A DNA stretch of 64,000 nucleotides, taken from positions 27,771 through 91,770 of the forward strand of contig DAOUJW010000015.1 of assembly GCA_034422115.1 (NCBI GenBank). The letters run 5' to 3'. Shown piece after piece: positions 54,303 through 63,341 of the stretch. Positions within the stretch are counted from its first letter, which is position 1. Each line of letters begins with the position of its first letter. Made by a program: the position numbers and the translations under genes. Source of the DNA: Dehalococcoidia bacterium (GTDB taxonomy: Bacteria > Chloroflexota > Dehalococcoidia > Lucifugimonadales > UBA2985). Under the pieces are notes generated by a model that saw only the letters and a list, made by a program, of their open reading frames with translations, was not told the origin of the DNA and searched no databases.

Positions 54303-55301
54303 TCAGGAGACCCGGGCGAAGACCTCCACCAGGAACTCGCCAATTGAGTTCTCCGTTATGCGGCCCGTCTTGACGGCCCTGTCCGTCTCCAGCAGCCCCC
54401 TGTGAAGGGCCTCCAGCGCATCCCTGGAGTGCCGCCGTCCCTGGTCCATAGTCTTCCTCAGCACCCAGTCGCTGTTCAGCCCCAGGCGTCGCCCCATCTG
54501 CTGCTGCGGCACGCCGTTGGCGGCCAGGTCCTTAGCCAGCAGCAACAGCCTCACCTGCCGGGCCACCATCACAATGACGTACTGGCCGCCGGCCCCCTCC
54601 TCCATGAGTCGCTTTATCGTGCGGAGGGCGTCGGCGTAGCGGCCTTCCATAACGGCGTCCACAGCGTTGAATATGCTCATCTCCCTTGCCAGGGGCACCA
54701 GAAGCTCCACGTCCTCCTCCTCCACCGTGCGGCCCTGGCAGTAGAGGGACAGCTTCTCCACCTCATTGCTCAATGCCCACAGGTTGCCGCCCACAAGCTC
54801 CGCCAGCAGCCTCACTCCGGCCCTGGATATGGCGCAGCCCCGCTCCGCGGCCCTCTGCTCGATCCAGCGGGTAAGCTCAGCGCCCCTCATCTGAGGGAAC
54901 TCCCTGACCAGGCCCAGGGGCGCGAGCCGTGCCAGCAGCGCGTTGTCCCTTCTGACTGCGCCGTCCACCAGCACCAGGTCGGAGGTCGGCGGCATAACGG
55001 GTACGTGCTCGACAATGGACAGCCAGGGCGATGAATCGGCGTCTGCGTTGCGCCCGCGGCCCCTCCTGGGAGCCCTCTGGCCCTCGAACTGCGCCAGAAG
55101 TCCCTCCACAACGGTCATGCGACGCTCCGCCAGGAAGGGCACGGTGCTGCTCAGGGCAATGAGCTCCGCCGGCGATATGTCGGCGGCCTGGGACACGGTC
55201 ACGTTGGCGTCCAGGACGTCCACAGGGCCAACCTGCGCCTTGAGTTCGTCCAGCGCCTCGCGAATGGAGAAGTCGTCCGCGCCGTAGAGGATATGTAGCA
55301 T
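54303..55301 (-). CDS. holA: DNA polymerase III delta subunit
   Basis: MLHILYGADDFSIREALDELK N-terminus, 332 aa, typical HolA length and layout. Confidence 0.8.
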   Translation of the reverse strand: MLHILYGADDFSIREALDELKAQVGPVDVLDANVTVSQAADISPAELIALSSTVPFLAERRMTVVEGLLAQFEGQRAPRRGRGRNADADSSPWLSIVEHVPVMPPTSDLVLVDGAVRRDNALLARLAPLGLVREFPQMRGAELTRWIEQRAAERGCAISRAGVRLLAELVGGNLWALSNEVEKLSLYCQGRTVEEEDVELLVPLAREMSIFNAVDAVMEGRYADALRTIKRLMEEGAGGQYVIVMVARQVRLLLLAKDLAANGVPQQQMGRRLGLNSDWVLRKTMDQGRRHSRDALEALHRGLLETDRAVKTGRITENSIGEFLVEVFARVS

Positions 55302-55321
55302 AGATTTGGCCTATTAGTAGA

Positions 55322-55350
55322 TTCCAATTGGGTCTAGCCTAAAGTATAAT
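55322..55350 (+). promoter_or_regulatory. Sigma70-like promoter (divergent from holA)
   Basis: TTCCAA, 17 nt, TATAAT (55345-55350). Confidence 0.4.
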
Positions 55351-55404
55351 ATAGTTTCAACAGCGTATAGTGCGTAGCGCCCCCGGAGGTTTGGAGAAGT
55401 TCAG

Positions 55405-55623
55405 ATGTTGAGAGTGGCTATTCCCATCATACTTGCCGTGGCCTCAGCCACGGTCTTCCGGACTCTGCTCCTGCCCCTTCTTGTGTCGGTCATTGTGGGC
55501 TTGGTCATGGCGGCAATGAAGTCGTCTGCAAGGAGGAGCCGCGACCCCGGGCAGGCCAGGAAAGACCCCGACAATGTGGTGGACGGCAGCTACAAGATAG
55601 TCGATGACGAGCCTCCGAAATAG
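55405..55623 (+). CDS. Small membrane protein
   Basis: 72 aa, two hydrophobic helices, charged tail. Confidence 0.45.
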   Translation: MLRVAIPIILAVASATVFRTLLLPLLVSVIVGLVMAAMKSSARRSRDPGQARKDPDNVVDGSYKIVDDEPPK

Positions 55624-55633
55624 ATCCGACGTT

Positions 55634-55875
55634 TGTCATTCCTGCGAAAGCAGGAATCTGAAAACGCCGGTTCAAAGTTACGCTGACTTGAGAAAAACAC
55701 TTTAGGAAACCTCTGAACAAGTAGCAAACATGACCATCCCGCCTAACGACACCTTCAATGACCATTCCTGCGTAGGCAGGAATCCAGGAGGGGCGGGGCG
55801 TGGACTCCCGCCTTCGCGGGAGTGGACTGAACTTGTTCAGACTATTCTTAGATTCCCGTTTTCACGGGAATGACA
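55634..55875. repeat. Family B element with family E copy 2 nested in its loop
   Basis: Arms TGTCATTCCTGCGAAAGCAGGAATC (55634-) and GATTCCCGTTTTCACGGGAATGACA (-55875). Confidence 0.75.
55715..55838. mobile_element. Family E 124-bp TIR element, copy 2
   Basis: TIRs GAACAAGT / ACTTGTTC; shares the internal ACCATTCCTGCGTAGGCAGGAATCCAGG...GGACTCCCGCCTTCGCGGGAGTGGA with copy 1. Confidence 0.75.
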
Positions 55876-55915
55876 TGAATTGGAGAGCGTCTTGAACACC
55901 GGAAGGACCCCGTAA

Positions 55916-58234
55916 GTGCAGAGAACCCTCAGCCGCTACGTGCTCCTGGAGCAGGTTGGAAGCACCGGCCTTGCCACCATCTACCGCGCCCAGGAGCCTC
56001 AGAAGGAGCGGGAAGTTGCCCTCAAGGTACTCCGCCCCTACCTGTGCGCCGACACCGCCCTTATGGAGCGATTTACGGAGGAGGTGGAGCGGGTGGCCGC
56101 GCTGGACCACCCCAGCATCCTTCCCGTGTACGCCGTCGAGAACGAGGACGGCGTGTACTGGGTCGCCATGCAGCACGTGTCGTGGCCCACTCTTAGGCAG
56201 TGGCTCCAGCAGCCCATCCCCGTCGCCCAGGCCCTGATGATCTTCAGACAGATCGCAGAGGCCGTGGATACGGCGTACACCGAGGGGATCCATCACGGGG
56301 ACATCAAGCCCGGCAACATCTTCCTGGACCCCGATACCGGCAGAGTGATGCTGGGCGATTTTGGCACCCACATCCTTGGCGAGGGCGCATCTCCCGGCAT
56401 GAGGACGGCCCTCAGCACCCCCCTGCCCACCTACAGCGCCCCCGAGCGCAACCAGGGGGGCCCTCCGACCCTGCGCTCGGACATCTACTCCCTTGGCATC
56501 CTCCTGTACGATATGCTGACCGGCACGGTGCCCTTCAGCGCCCTGGACAGGACCGCCGTTCAGACCAAGCAGGTGTCGTCCGCTCCTCCAATCCCCAGCG
56601 AGGTCAACCCCAACGTCCCGTCCAGCCTGGACGCCGTCATCCTCAGGGCACTGACGCCCCACTCCGAGGGTCGCTACGACAGTCCTCAGCAGTTCATAAG
56701 GGCGCTGGTTGAGGCGTCGCCGGTGGCCGACGCGCCCTCCGCTCCCTTTGCGGTCATAGATAGCGCGGAGCTTCAGCCCAGCTTCCCGGGAATGGAGCCT
56801 CCGCCTGCTTCTCCGGACCTGGAGGAGGAGGGGCCGCCCATCGTGTGCGCGGCCTGCGGCCGGAGCAACCCGCCCGGCTCCGAGTGGTGCCGGGATTGCT
56901 GGGGCGTCCTGGGGCGCGTGGCGGCAGCGCCTGGACAGGTGGTTGTCCCCACGGAGGAGAGGCAGCGCAGGTGGAAGCGGAACATCCGGCTTGCCCAGGC
57001 AGCCCTGGCCTCGGTTGCGGCGGCGGTTGCCCTCTTCACAGCGGTGCAGATCCTGGACATCAGGGCGCCCCTCGCAACGCCCTCATCGGACATGAGCTCC
57101 GATTCCGACCCCGGTGAGTGGGCCATGGAGCATCGTAGCTACAGCGGCCCCGTGCCCATATCGGGCGAGCGCAGCGACTTCAGCAACGCCCAGGTGAAGT
57201 GGACCTTCAGCACCGAGGCCGAGATAACCTCCGTTCCCGCAGTCAAGGGAGACCGGGTGTACGTGACCACCCACGACCGCCGCGTGGTGGCCCTGGACGC
57301 AGGGACGGGAGACGTCATCTGGGAGCACAGGGATGTTGCGCCCATAGATTCGTCACCTGCCGTGACGGAGGACCTGGTGATCTACGGCTCCCGGGGAAGG
57401 CGGGTCATAGCCCTGGACGCATATACGGGAGAGTACCGGTGGGAGTTCGTGACGGAGGCGAATCCCACCTATGGATCAGCAATAGTGAAGGACGGAGTGG
57501 CCTACGTAGGCTCCGGCGACGGGAACGTTTACGCCCTGGACGCCCTCACCGGAGAGGAGATGTGGCGCTCCGAGACGACGGCCTGGATCACCAACACCCC
57601 TACCCTGTCGGACGACAAGCTCGTTGTTGCCTCCCTGGACGGCCGCGCAAGGGTCTATGATACGGACACCGGCAAGAGGCGGTTCGCCTCCAGGGCCATC
57701 AACCACGGCATAGAAGGCTCTCCCATAATCGTTGAGGACTCCATATACGTGGTGTATCGCAACGGACAACTCATCTCCCTCAACCTCAACGAGGAGGAGT
57801 TCCCTCTGGCCCAGAAGTGGTACACGGTCAAGACGCAGCTCTACGTCTGGGCCCTCATGGGCCATCCGGGGATGCCCAAGGGCTTCAACTGGTCCTCGCG
57901 AACGCGCCAGACCATCCTGACCACCCCGGCGACCGACGGAGACGCCCTGTTCATCACCTCCCAGGAGGGCAGGCTCATGGCCATCGACCGGCACACGGGA
58001 AGCTCTTTGTGGCTGTACAGGGGAGCCATCGGCAAGAGTCTCTCCACGCCGACCATTGTTGACAACCTGATCCTCGTGGGCGACCGCGACGGAGTCCTCC
58101 ACGCCGTCGATTCCTCCACGGGCGAGGGGCTATGGACGCTGCCCGTCGCCGGGCACAGCATCTCCACGCCGGTTGTCGCGGAAGGCGTCCTCTACCTGGC
58201 CTCCAAGGACGGCAAGCTCTACGCCCTGGAGTGA
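55916..58234 (+). CDS. Ser/Thr protein kinase with Zn-ribbon, TM helix and extracytoplasmic PQQ-like beta-propeller
   Basis: VALKVL, HGDIKPGNIF, GDFG, APE. Also CAACGRSNPPGSEWCRDCW and repeated VYVTTHDRRVVALDAGTGDVIWE-type blades. GTG start. Confidence 0.88.
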   Translation: MQRTLSRYVLLEQVGSTGLATIYRAQEPQKEREVALKVLRPYLCADTALMERFTEEVERVAALDHPSILPVYAVENEDGVYWVAMQHVSWPTLRQWLQQPIPVAQALMIFRQIAEAVDTAYTEGIHHGDIKPGNIFLDPDTGRVMLGDFGTHILGEGASPGMRTALSTPLPTYSAPERNQGGPPTLRSDIYSLGILLYDMLTGTVPFSALDRTAVQTKQVSSAPPIPSEVNPNVPSSLDAVILRALTPHSEGRYDSPQQFIRALVEASPVADAPSAPFAVIDSAELQPSFPGMEPPPASPDLEEEGPPIVCAACGRSNPPGSEWCRDCWGVLGRVAAAPGQVVVPTEERQRRWKRNIRLAQAALASVAAAVALFTAVQILDIRAPLATPSSDMSSDSDPGEWAMEHRSYSGPVPISGERSDFSNAQVKWTFSTEAEITSVPAVKGDRVYVTTHDRRVVALDAGTGDVIWEHRDVAPIDSSPAVTEDLVIYGSRGRRVIALDAYTGEYRWEFVTEANPTYGSAIVKDGVAYVGSGDGNVYALDALTGEEMWRSETTAWITNTPTLSDDKLVVASLDGRARVYDTDTGKRRFASRAINHGIEGSPIIVEDSIYVVYRNGQLISLNLNEEEFPLAQKWYTVKTQLYVWALMGHPGMPKGFNWSSRTRQTILTTPATDGDALFITSQEGRLMAIDRHTGSSLWLYRGAIGKSLSTPTIVDNLILVGDRDGVLHAVDSSTGEGLWTLPVAGHSISTPVVAEGVLYLASKDGKLYALE

Positions 58235-58242
58235 GGCCCTGA

Positions 58243-59343
58243 ATGGAGTTCGGGATTGTCGGCCTCCCCCAGTGTGGAAAGACCACCGTGTTCAACGCCC
58301 TGAGCAGGGGCCGCGCAGACGTAACCCCCTCCCCTGCCCTCGCCTCCAAACCCAACCTGGGCGTCGCCAAGGTCCCCGACTCGCGGCTCAAGCCACTGGA
58401 GGAGATGTTCAACCCCCAGCGGGTCGTGAACGCTGAGGTCAGGTACATCGACTTCCCAAGAGGCGCAGAGGACATCACCCGCTCAAAGGGCATCGCGGGA
58501 GAGTACCTCAACATGCTGGAGAGCGCGGACGCCCTCCTCCACGTGGTCAGGGCCTTTGACGACCCGTCCGTGCCACACGTTGAGGGCAGCGTTGACCCCC
58601 ACCGGGACCTGGTGGCGATGGACCTGGAGATGGCCTTCGCCGACCTGGCCATCCTGGAGCGAAGGGTGGAGCGTCTTGAGAACGAGCTCAAGGGCGCAAG
58701 GGCCAGCGAGCGGGAGGCCCGCGCCCAGGAGCACGCCCTGCTGGACAGGATACGCGCCGGCCTGGAGGCGGAGACCCCCATACGAGAGCAGGCGTTATCG
58801 GCGGACGAGGCCAGGCTGCTGGAGAACTTCCAGTTCCTCACGGCCAAGCCGCTGCTGATAGCCTGGAACATCGGAGAGGAGGACGCGCCCCGGGCGTCGG
58901 AGCTTGGCAACGAGCTTGGAGGCCGGTACGCCAGGCCCGGAGTGGACGTGATAGTCCTGTGCGGCAAGCTGGAGATGGACCTGGCGGGCATGGACGAGGA
59001 GGAAGAGGATGAGTTTCGCGCTGAAATGGGCATCGGGGAGTCGGGACTGAGCCGCAGCATACGCGCCTCCTACGAGATTCTTGACCTCATCTCATTCTTC
59101 ACCGTCGGCCCCAAGGAGGTGCGGGCGTGGACCCTGCCCCGGAACACGGCCGCGGTCAAGGCCGCCGGCAAGATACACTCGGACATGGAGCGGGGTTTCA
59201 TCCGCGCTGAGGTCATCTCCTTTGACGACCTGGCCCAATGTGGTAATGTAGCCGAGAGCAAGAAGAGAGGGCTGTTGCGCCTGGAGGGCAAGACCTACCA
59301 GGTACAGGACGGCGACGTGGTGACCTTCCTCTTCAACGTCTGA
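58243..59343 (+). CDS. ychF: Ribosome-binding ATPase YchF
   Basis: FGIVGLPQCGKTTVFNAL, C-terminal TGS-like GDVVTFLFNV. Confidence 0.9.
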   Translation: MEFGIVGLPQCGKTTVFNALSRGRADVTPSPALASKPNLGVAKVPDSRLKPLEEMFNPQRVVNAEVRYIDFPRGAEDITRSKGIAGEYLNMLESADALLHVVRAFDDPSVPHVEGSVDPHRDLVAMDLEMAFADLAILERRVERLENELKGARASEREARAQEHALLDRIRAGLEAETPIREQALSADEARLLENFQFLTAKPLLIAWNIGEEDAPRASELGNELGGRYARPGVDVIVLCGKLEMDLAGMDEEEEDEFRAEMGIGESGLSRSIRASYEILDLISFFTVGPKEVRAWTLPRNTAAVKAAGKIHSDMERGFIRAEVISFDDLAQCGNVAESKKRGLLRLEGKTYQVQDGDVVTFLFNV

Positions 59344-59395
59344 ATCGCTATGGCCTTACAGAGGCCGCGTAAGGGAATGGAAATGCGCAGGTTTT

Positions 59396-59640
59396 TGTCA
59401 TTCCTGCGAAAGCAGGAATCTAAGATTACGGCCACGCCCCGCCCCTGGATTCCCGCCTTCGGAGACCTTTGCACAACTACGGCGTCATCCCGCAGGGAGT
59501 ACGCTTTTCGTCATTCCCGCGAAAGCGGGAATCTAGTTCCTTCTATTCCGAGTGCCCTAGACCCCTGCTTTCGCAGGGGTGACGAAGAGAGAGCGCCCCA
59601 ACTAAGGGTTATTCAAAGGTCTCCCTTCGCGGGAATGGTC
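59396..59640. repeat. Cluster of five family B-type hairpin units in mixed orientation
   Basis: Units near 59396, 59446, 59508, 59557 and 59618. Confidence 0.8.
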
Positions 59641-59712
59641 TGGATGCCTCGCGCCCCGTCAAGGGAGACCATTGCATAGCTCTCCAGAGCTCTCAGCTAA
59701 CTCCCATCCCTA

Positions 59713-59779
59713 CCTTTCCCCGCCTGCGGAGGAAGGGGTTGTTCTCTCCCCCTTGAGGGGGAGAGTCAGAGAGGGGGTG
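59713..59779. repeat. Family D double GC-hairpin, solo copy (no DUF559 gene)
   Basis: CCTTTCCCCGCCTGCGGAGGAAGG plus the 38-nt block identical to 32903-32940. Confidence 0.9.
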
Positions 59780-59818
59780 TACGCCGTAAGTGATGGTTCA
59801 AGTGACCCACCCCGGGAG

Positions 59819-61003
59819 ATGGGCCTCTACGTCCACATCCCCTTCTGCCACACCAAGTGCCCCTACTGCGACTTCAACACCTACGCGGGAATAGAGACCC
59901 TCATACCCGGCTACATGGAGGCCCTGGCGCAGGAGATACGCTGCTGGGGCGCTCTACTGGGCGCGCCGCAGGTGAACACCGTCTTCTTCGGGGGCGGCAC
60001 GCCTTCATACGTCCCAAGACAGGCCCTTGCCGACGTTCTGGCATCCGTCCATGACGTCTTCCGCGTCGCGCCCGACGCCGAGATAACCATTGAAGCCAAC
60101 CCCGGCGACCTCCTCGAAGATGGGGCGGCCTCCCTCCGGGATGCCGGCGTCAACCGGCTGAGCATAGGCGTTCAGAGCCTGGACGACGGGCTGCTGGAGG
60201 TCCTGGGCAGAAGGCACACGGCGCAGGAAGCCTTGTCGGCATACCAGGCAGTGCGGCAGGCAGGCTTCGACAACGTAAGCATCGACCTGATGTACGGCCT
60301 GCCGCACCAGGGCCTTGAGCAGTGGCGGGACACCCTGGAGCGAGCGCTGGAGCTGTCGCCGGAGCACATGTCCCTCTACTGCCTGACCCTGGAGGGCGGC
60401 ACGCCAATGGAGCGGCAGGTCACCCAGGGCGAGATGCCCCAACCGGACCCGAACCTGGCGGCGGACATGTACACCCTGGCGGAAGAGTCGCTGGCGGCGG
60501 CCGGCTACCGCCACTACGAGATAAGCAACTGGGCCAGGCCGGGCATGGAGAGTCGCCACAACCTGACCTACTGGCTCAACAGGCCGTACCTGGGCGTGGG
60601 GCCGGGGGCGCACTCCTACCTGGGCCGGTGGCGTTTCTGGAACATCAACTCGCCCCGGGAGTACATAGGCCGCCTTCGAGACGCGGCTCCCGGTTCATCC
60701 CCAGTTGAGGCCATCTCTGAGGAAGCGATACGGACGTTCCCGTGCGTGGGGTCGATAGAGGCCATAGACAGAAGGCTTGAGATGGCGGAGACTATGATGC
60801 TGGGGATGAGGCTGGAGGATGGCGTGCGGCTGGACGCCTTTCAGGACAGGTTTGGCGAGGCCGTCACGTCGGTATACCGCAAGCAGGTGGACGAGCTGAC
60901 CGGCCTGGGACTTATCGAGCAGAGAGACGGCGCTCTGCGCCTGACGGCGCAGGGCCGTCCGCTGGGCAATGAGGTTTTTTTGCGTTTCGTAGAGGTTCTT
61001 TAG
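59819..61003 (+). CDS. hemW: Radical SAM haem chaperone HemW / HemN-like
   Basis: LYVHIPFCHTKCPYCDFN, FFGGGTPS. ATG 59819; the track start 59672 reads through repeats. Confidence 0.85.
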   Translation: MGLYVHIPFCHTKCPYCDFNTYAGIETLIPGYMEALAQEIRCWGALLGAPQVNTVFFGGGTPSYVPRQALADVLASVHDVFRVAPDAEITIEANPGDLLEDGAASLRDAGVNRLSIGVQSLDDGLLEVLGRRHTAQEALSAYQAVRQAGFDNVSIDLMYGLPHQGLEQWRDTLERALELSPEHMSLYCLTLEGGTPMERQVTQGEMPQPDPNLAADMYTLAEESLAAAGYRHYEISNWARPGMESRHNLTYWLNRPYLGVGPGAHSYLGRWRFWNINSPREYIGRLRDAAPGSSPVEAISEEAIRTFPCVGSIEAIDRRLEMAETMMLGMRLEDGVRLDAFQDRFGEAVTSVYRKQVDELTGLGLIEQRDGALRLTAQGRPLGNEVFLRFVEVL

Positions 61004-61039
61004 ACGGAGTCGGAATAGGCACGGGACAGGCATGAGCAG

Positions 61040-61636
61040 ATGACTAGCAGCAACTACAAGCAGCAGTTGAACCAGCTTGGATCGGAGATATCCCGGGGCC
61101 TGGTGTACTACTCCGTGTGGGAGGCCCTGTGGCCCACGGATGAGACCGTCAGGATCATCGACAGGCTCAGGAACTTCGCGGCCCCTGTGCGCGGCGCGCT
61201 GTTCGAGACCGTGCTAATGCGCTTCTCAAACGTCATGTACAGGGAGAGCGAGATACCCGACCTGCCGTCGATGCTCCAAGCCGCCGCAGACGACAGAGAG
61301 GCCCTCGCGCCTCACGCCACGGAGAGGGAGCTTGCCGACATGATGGAGCAGGCATCCCAGCAGGAGCGCGCGCTCGACGCCCTGCTGCGCGCTAGGGAGC
61401 AGCACATTCACCAGCTGGGCGGAAACCCATTTGACGACGCGACCCTGCGTAAGGGGGACGTGGAGAACTTTGTGAAGTCCGTCCAGCAGATATTCAACCG
61501 CCTTTACACCGCCCACGACGACGACCGCTACATCTGGTCGGCGCAGGCCCAGCGCTCCGCCATGACCACCATGCAGCTGCTGGAGTTCCTGGAGTCGGAG
61601 ATGGCGTCCAGCCAGAGGGAAAGGGAGTCCGGTTAG
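61040..61636 (+). CDS. Hypothetical protein, possibly HEPN (AbiU2-like)
   Basis: 198 aa, all-helical composition, Rx4H motif in LLRAREQHIHQL; N-terminal layout recalls AbiU2-type proteins. Confidence 0.35.
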   Translation: MTSSNYKQQLNQLGSEISRGLVYYSVWEALWPTDETVRIIDRLRNFAAPVRGALFETVLMRFSNVMYRESEIPDLPSMLQAAADDREALAPHATERELADMMEQASQQERALDALLRAREQHIHQLGGNPFDDATLRKGDVENFVKSVQQIFNRLYTAHDDDRYIWSAQAQRSAMTTMQLLEFLESEMASSQRERESG

Positions 61637-61708
61637 GGCAGGCCTCGCATGAGGACATTCCTGGGGTGAGTTGGTCTCAACTATCCTCGTGGGGAGAAAA
61701 ACCTATTG

Positions 61709-61823
61709 CCCGCTCATAGCCTGCCCCGTACTTGATACGGGGGTGAGCCTGTCGAACAATATGAGCGGGAGTTTTGAGGTCTTGCAGCCTCCGCTCACCC
61801 TTCGACATGCTCTGGGTGAGCGG
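61709..61823. repeat. Family A repeat with inserted CCCCGTA hairpin module
   Basis: CCCGCTCAT-AGCCTGCCCCGTACTTGATACGGGGG-TGAGCCTGTCGAACAATATGAGCGGG, plus the variant unit CCGCTCACCC...GGGTGAGCGG. Confidence 0.85.
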
Positions 61824-61895
61824 AACTCACCACTCGACGGATTTTTTGCTCACACAGCACCGCCACGGCCATAGTGTTTATACCAAAGGAGAACC

Positions 61896-63026
61896 ATGCG
61901 TGTCCTAGTCTTTGCATCCACGACCCTGGGAGTAGTCGTCGCTGCGGTCCTGCTGGTCCTGCTGGTACGAACCAACTCGGAGCTAAACGCCAGCAAGAGC
62001 CGGGTGGAGGCCAGTCAGGTACGCATAGAGCAGCTCACCACAGACCTCGGAGCGGTGACACAGCGGCTGAATGAAGAGACGGCCAGCTTTGAAGCAGCCA
62101 ATTCTCGGCTTGCCGGCGCTATCGCGGAGAATGCAGGCCTGAAGGCCGAACTCGGTGTGACGACAGAACAGCTGGACGCTCAGACAAGCAGGAACGAAAC
62201 GCTGACCGCCGACCTACTGGAGTCCAGTGAAGAACTGGGAAGAAATACGGCGGAGAACAAGGCTCTTGCCACCAATCTTGAAACCGTCACGCGGCAACTG
62301 GCCGATAAGTCGGCGGACTATGACACCCTGCTGCATGAGGCGGGAACCCTGGAAGACCTGAGAGCAGATAAAGACACCCTACTGAGCGAGATAGAGGCGC
62401 TGAGAAGCTCGATAAGGGAGTTGGAGAGGCAGAGAATCCCCCTCATCGTCCACTCCCAGACCCAGGGGTTCAGGTGTACCGGAAGCATGGAGCCCAAGAT
62501 AACCTGCCTGGACTCTGCAAGCTGGCTGCGCAACTTCAATCCTGAAGACGTGACAGTGGGGTCTGTCATCGTATTCACTCCAACCGCTGAGTGCGAGATC
62601 GGTCAAGGCACCGTGTCACATCGCGTCCTGGACATCAGAGAGGTTGAGGGGACCTACTACTTCTGGCCCAAGGGGGACGCCAATCCCGACGCCGACGGGT
62701 GCTGGATACCCGACACCAACGTGTACGGGTACATGGTTGAGCTGCACAAGGACACGCACCCGCAGAACACAGCCCTCCGAAACAGGGTGAACTCCGCCAA
62801 AGCAAAGAGAGACGAGACCTTTGCGACGTACAAGGCCGCTGAGGAGACGTACAACCAGCGATACCAGGCATACTGCGGGCACAGCCCGGACGCCTGCTCC
62901 CTGGACCCGGCGCGCGTTGCTGAGTTGGACAGGCTGTACGACGAGTACATCCGTCTGTTCAACATCCACCAGGAGGCTTTCGAGGCCTGGAATGCCGTCT
63001 TCCAGGAGGCGTGGACGAATTACTAG
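61896..63026 (+). CDS. Membrane-anchored coiled-coil protein with S26B (SipW/Sec11-type) signal-peptidase-like domain
   Basis: N-terminal TM (LGVVVAAVLLVLLV), about 170-aa heptad-rich segment, then CTGSMEPKI...GSVIVF...SHRV...KGDANPDAD...VYGYMVE, then a 100-aa helical tail. Confidence 0.7.
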   Translation: MRVLVFASTTLGVVVAAVLLVLLVRTNSELNASKSRVEASQVRIEQLTTDLGAVTQRLNEETASFEAANSRLAGAIAENAGLKAELGVTTEQLDAQTSRNETLTADLLESSEELGRNTAENKALATNLETVTRQLADKSADYDTLLHEAGTLEDLRADKDTLLSEIEALRSSIRELERQRIPLIVHSQTQGFRCTGSMEPKITCLDSASWLRNFNPEDVTVGSVIVFTPTAECEIGQGTVSHRVLDIREVEGTYYFWPKGDANPDADGCWIPDTNVYGYMVELHKDTHPQNTALRNRVNSAKAKRDETFATYKAAEETYNQRYQAYCGHSPDACSLDPARVAELDRLYDEYIRLFNIHQEAFEAWNAVFQEAWTNY

Positions 63027-63097
63027 GGGCCAGGTGTTCTCTATATGTGTTGGTGTTCCTTATCGGCATAACAGACATGCACTGATACGCCTTGTTT

Positions 63098-63191
63098 CCC
63101 GCTCACCCTTCGACAGGCTCAGGGTGAGCGGGGTTTGCACACTACGCCCGCTGTCTTCCCGCTCTGGTTCGACAAGCTCACCATGAGCGGG
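63098..63191. repeat. Family A palindromic repeat (two units)
   Basis: CCCGCTCACCCTTCGACAGGCTCAGGGTGAGCGGG ... CCCGCTCTGGTTCGACAAGCTCACCATGAGCGGG. Confidence 0.85.
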
Positions 63192-63341
63192 AAAGAAGTA
63201 GTACTACAACCAGCGTGGCATTGCCAACACGCTTTGGGGAGACCAGGCGCTACGTTGCTTTGACAGCAAGCGGGCTTTCAGATAGAGTTGAATGACCATT
63301 CGGGCTTTCGGGGACACCAGAATAGATGGAGGGATACAGCG

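Noticed and set aside
59396-59640. CRISPR-like look of five ~25-nt palindromic units with 25-60-nt gaps
   Set aside because: The units are in mixed orientation, degenerate and irregularly spaced. They belong to repeat family B found all over the window. No cas genes or leader.
59672-59818. N-terminal 49-aa extension of the hemW ORF in the track
   Set aside because: It reads through the family D hairpins (SPLRGRVREGV). The conserved HemW N-terminus starts at MGLYVHIPFCH (ATG 59819).
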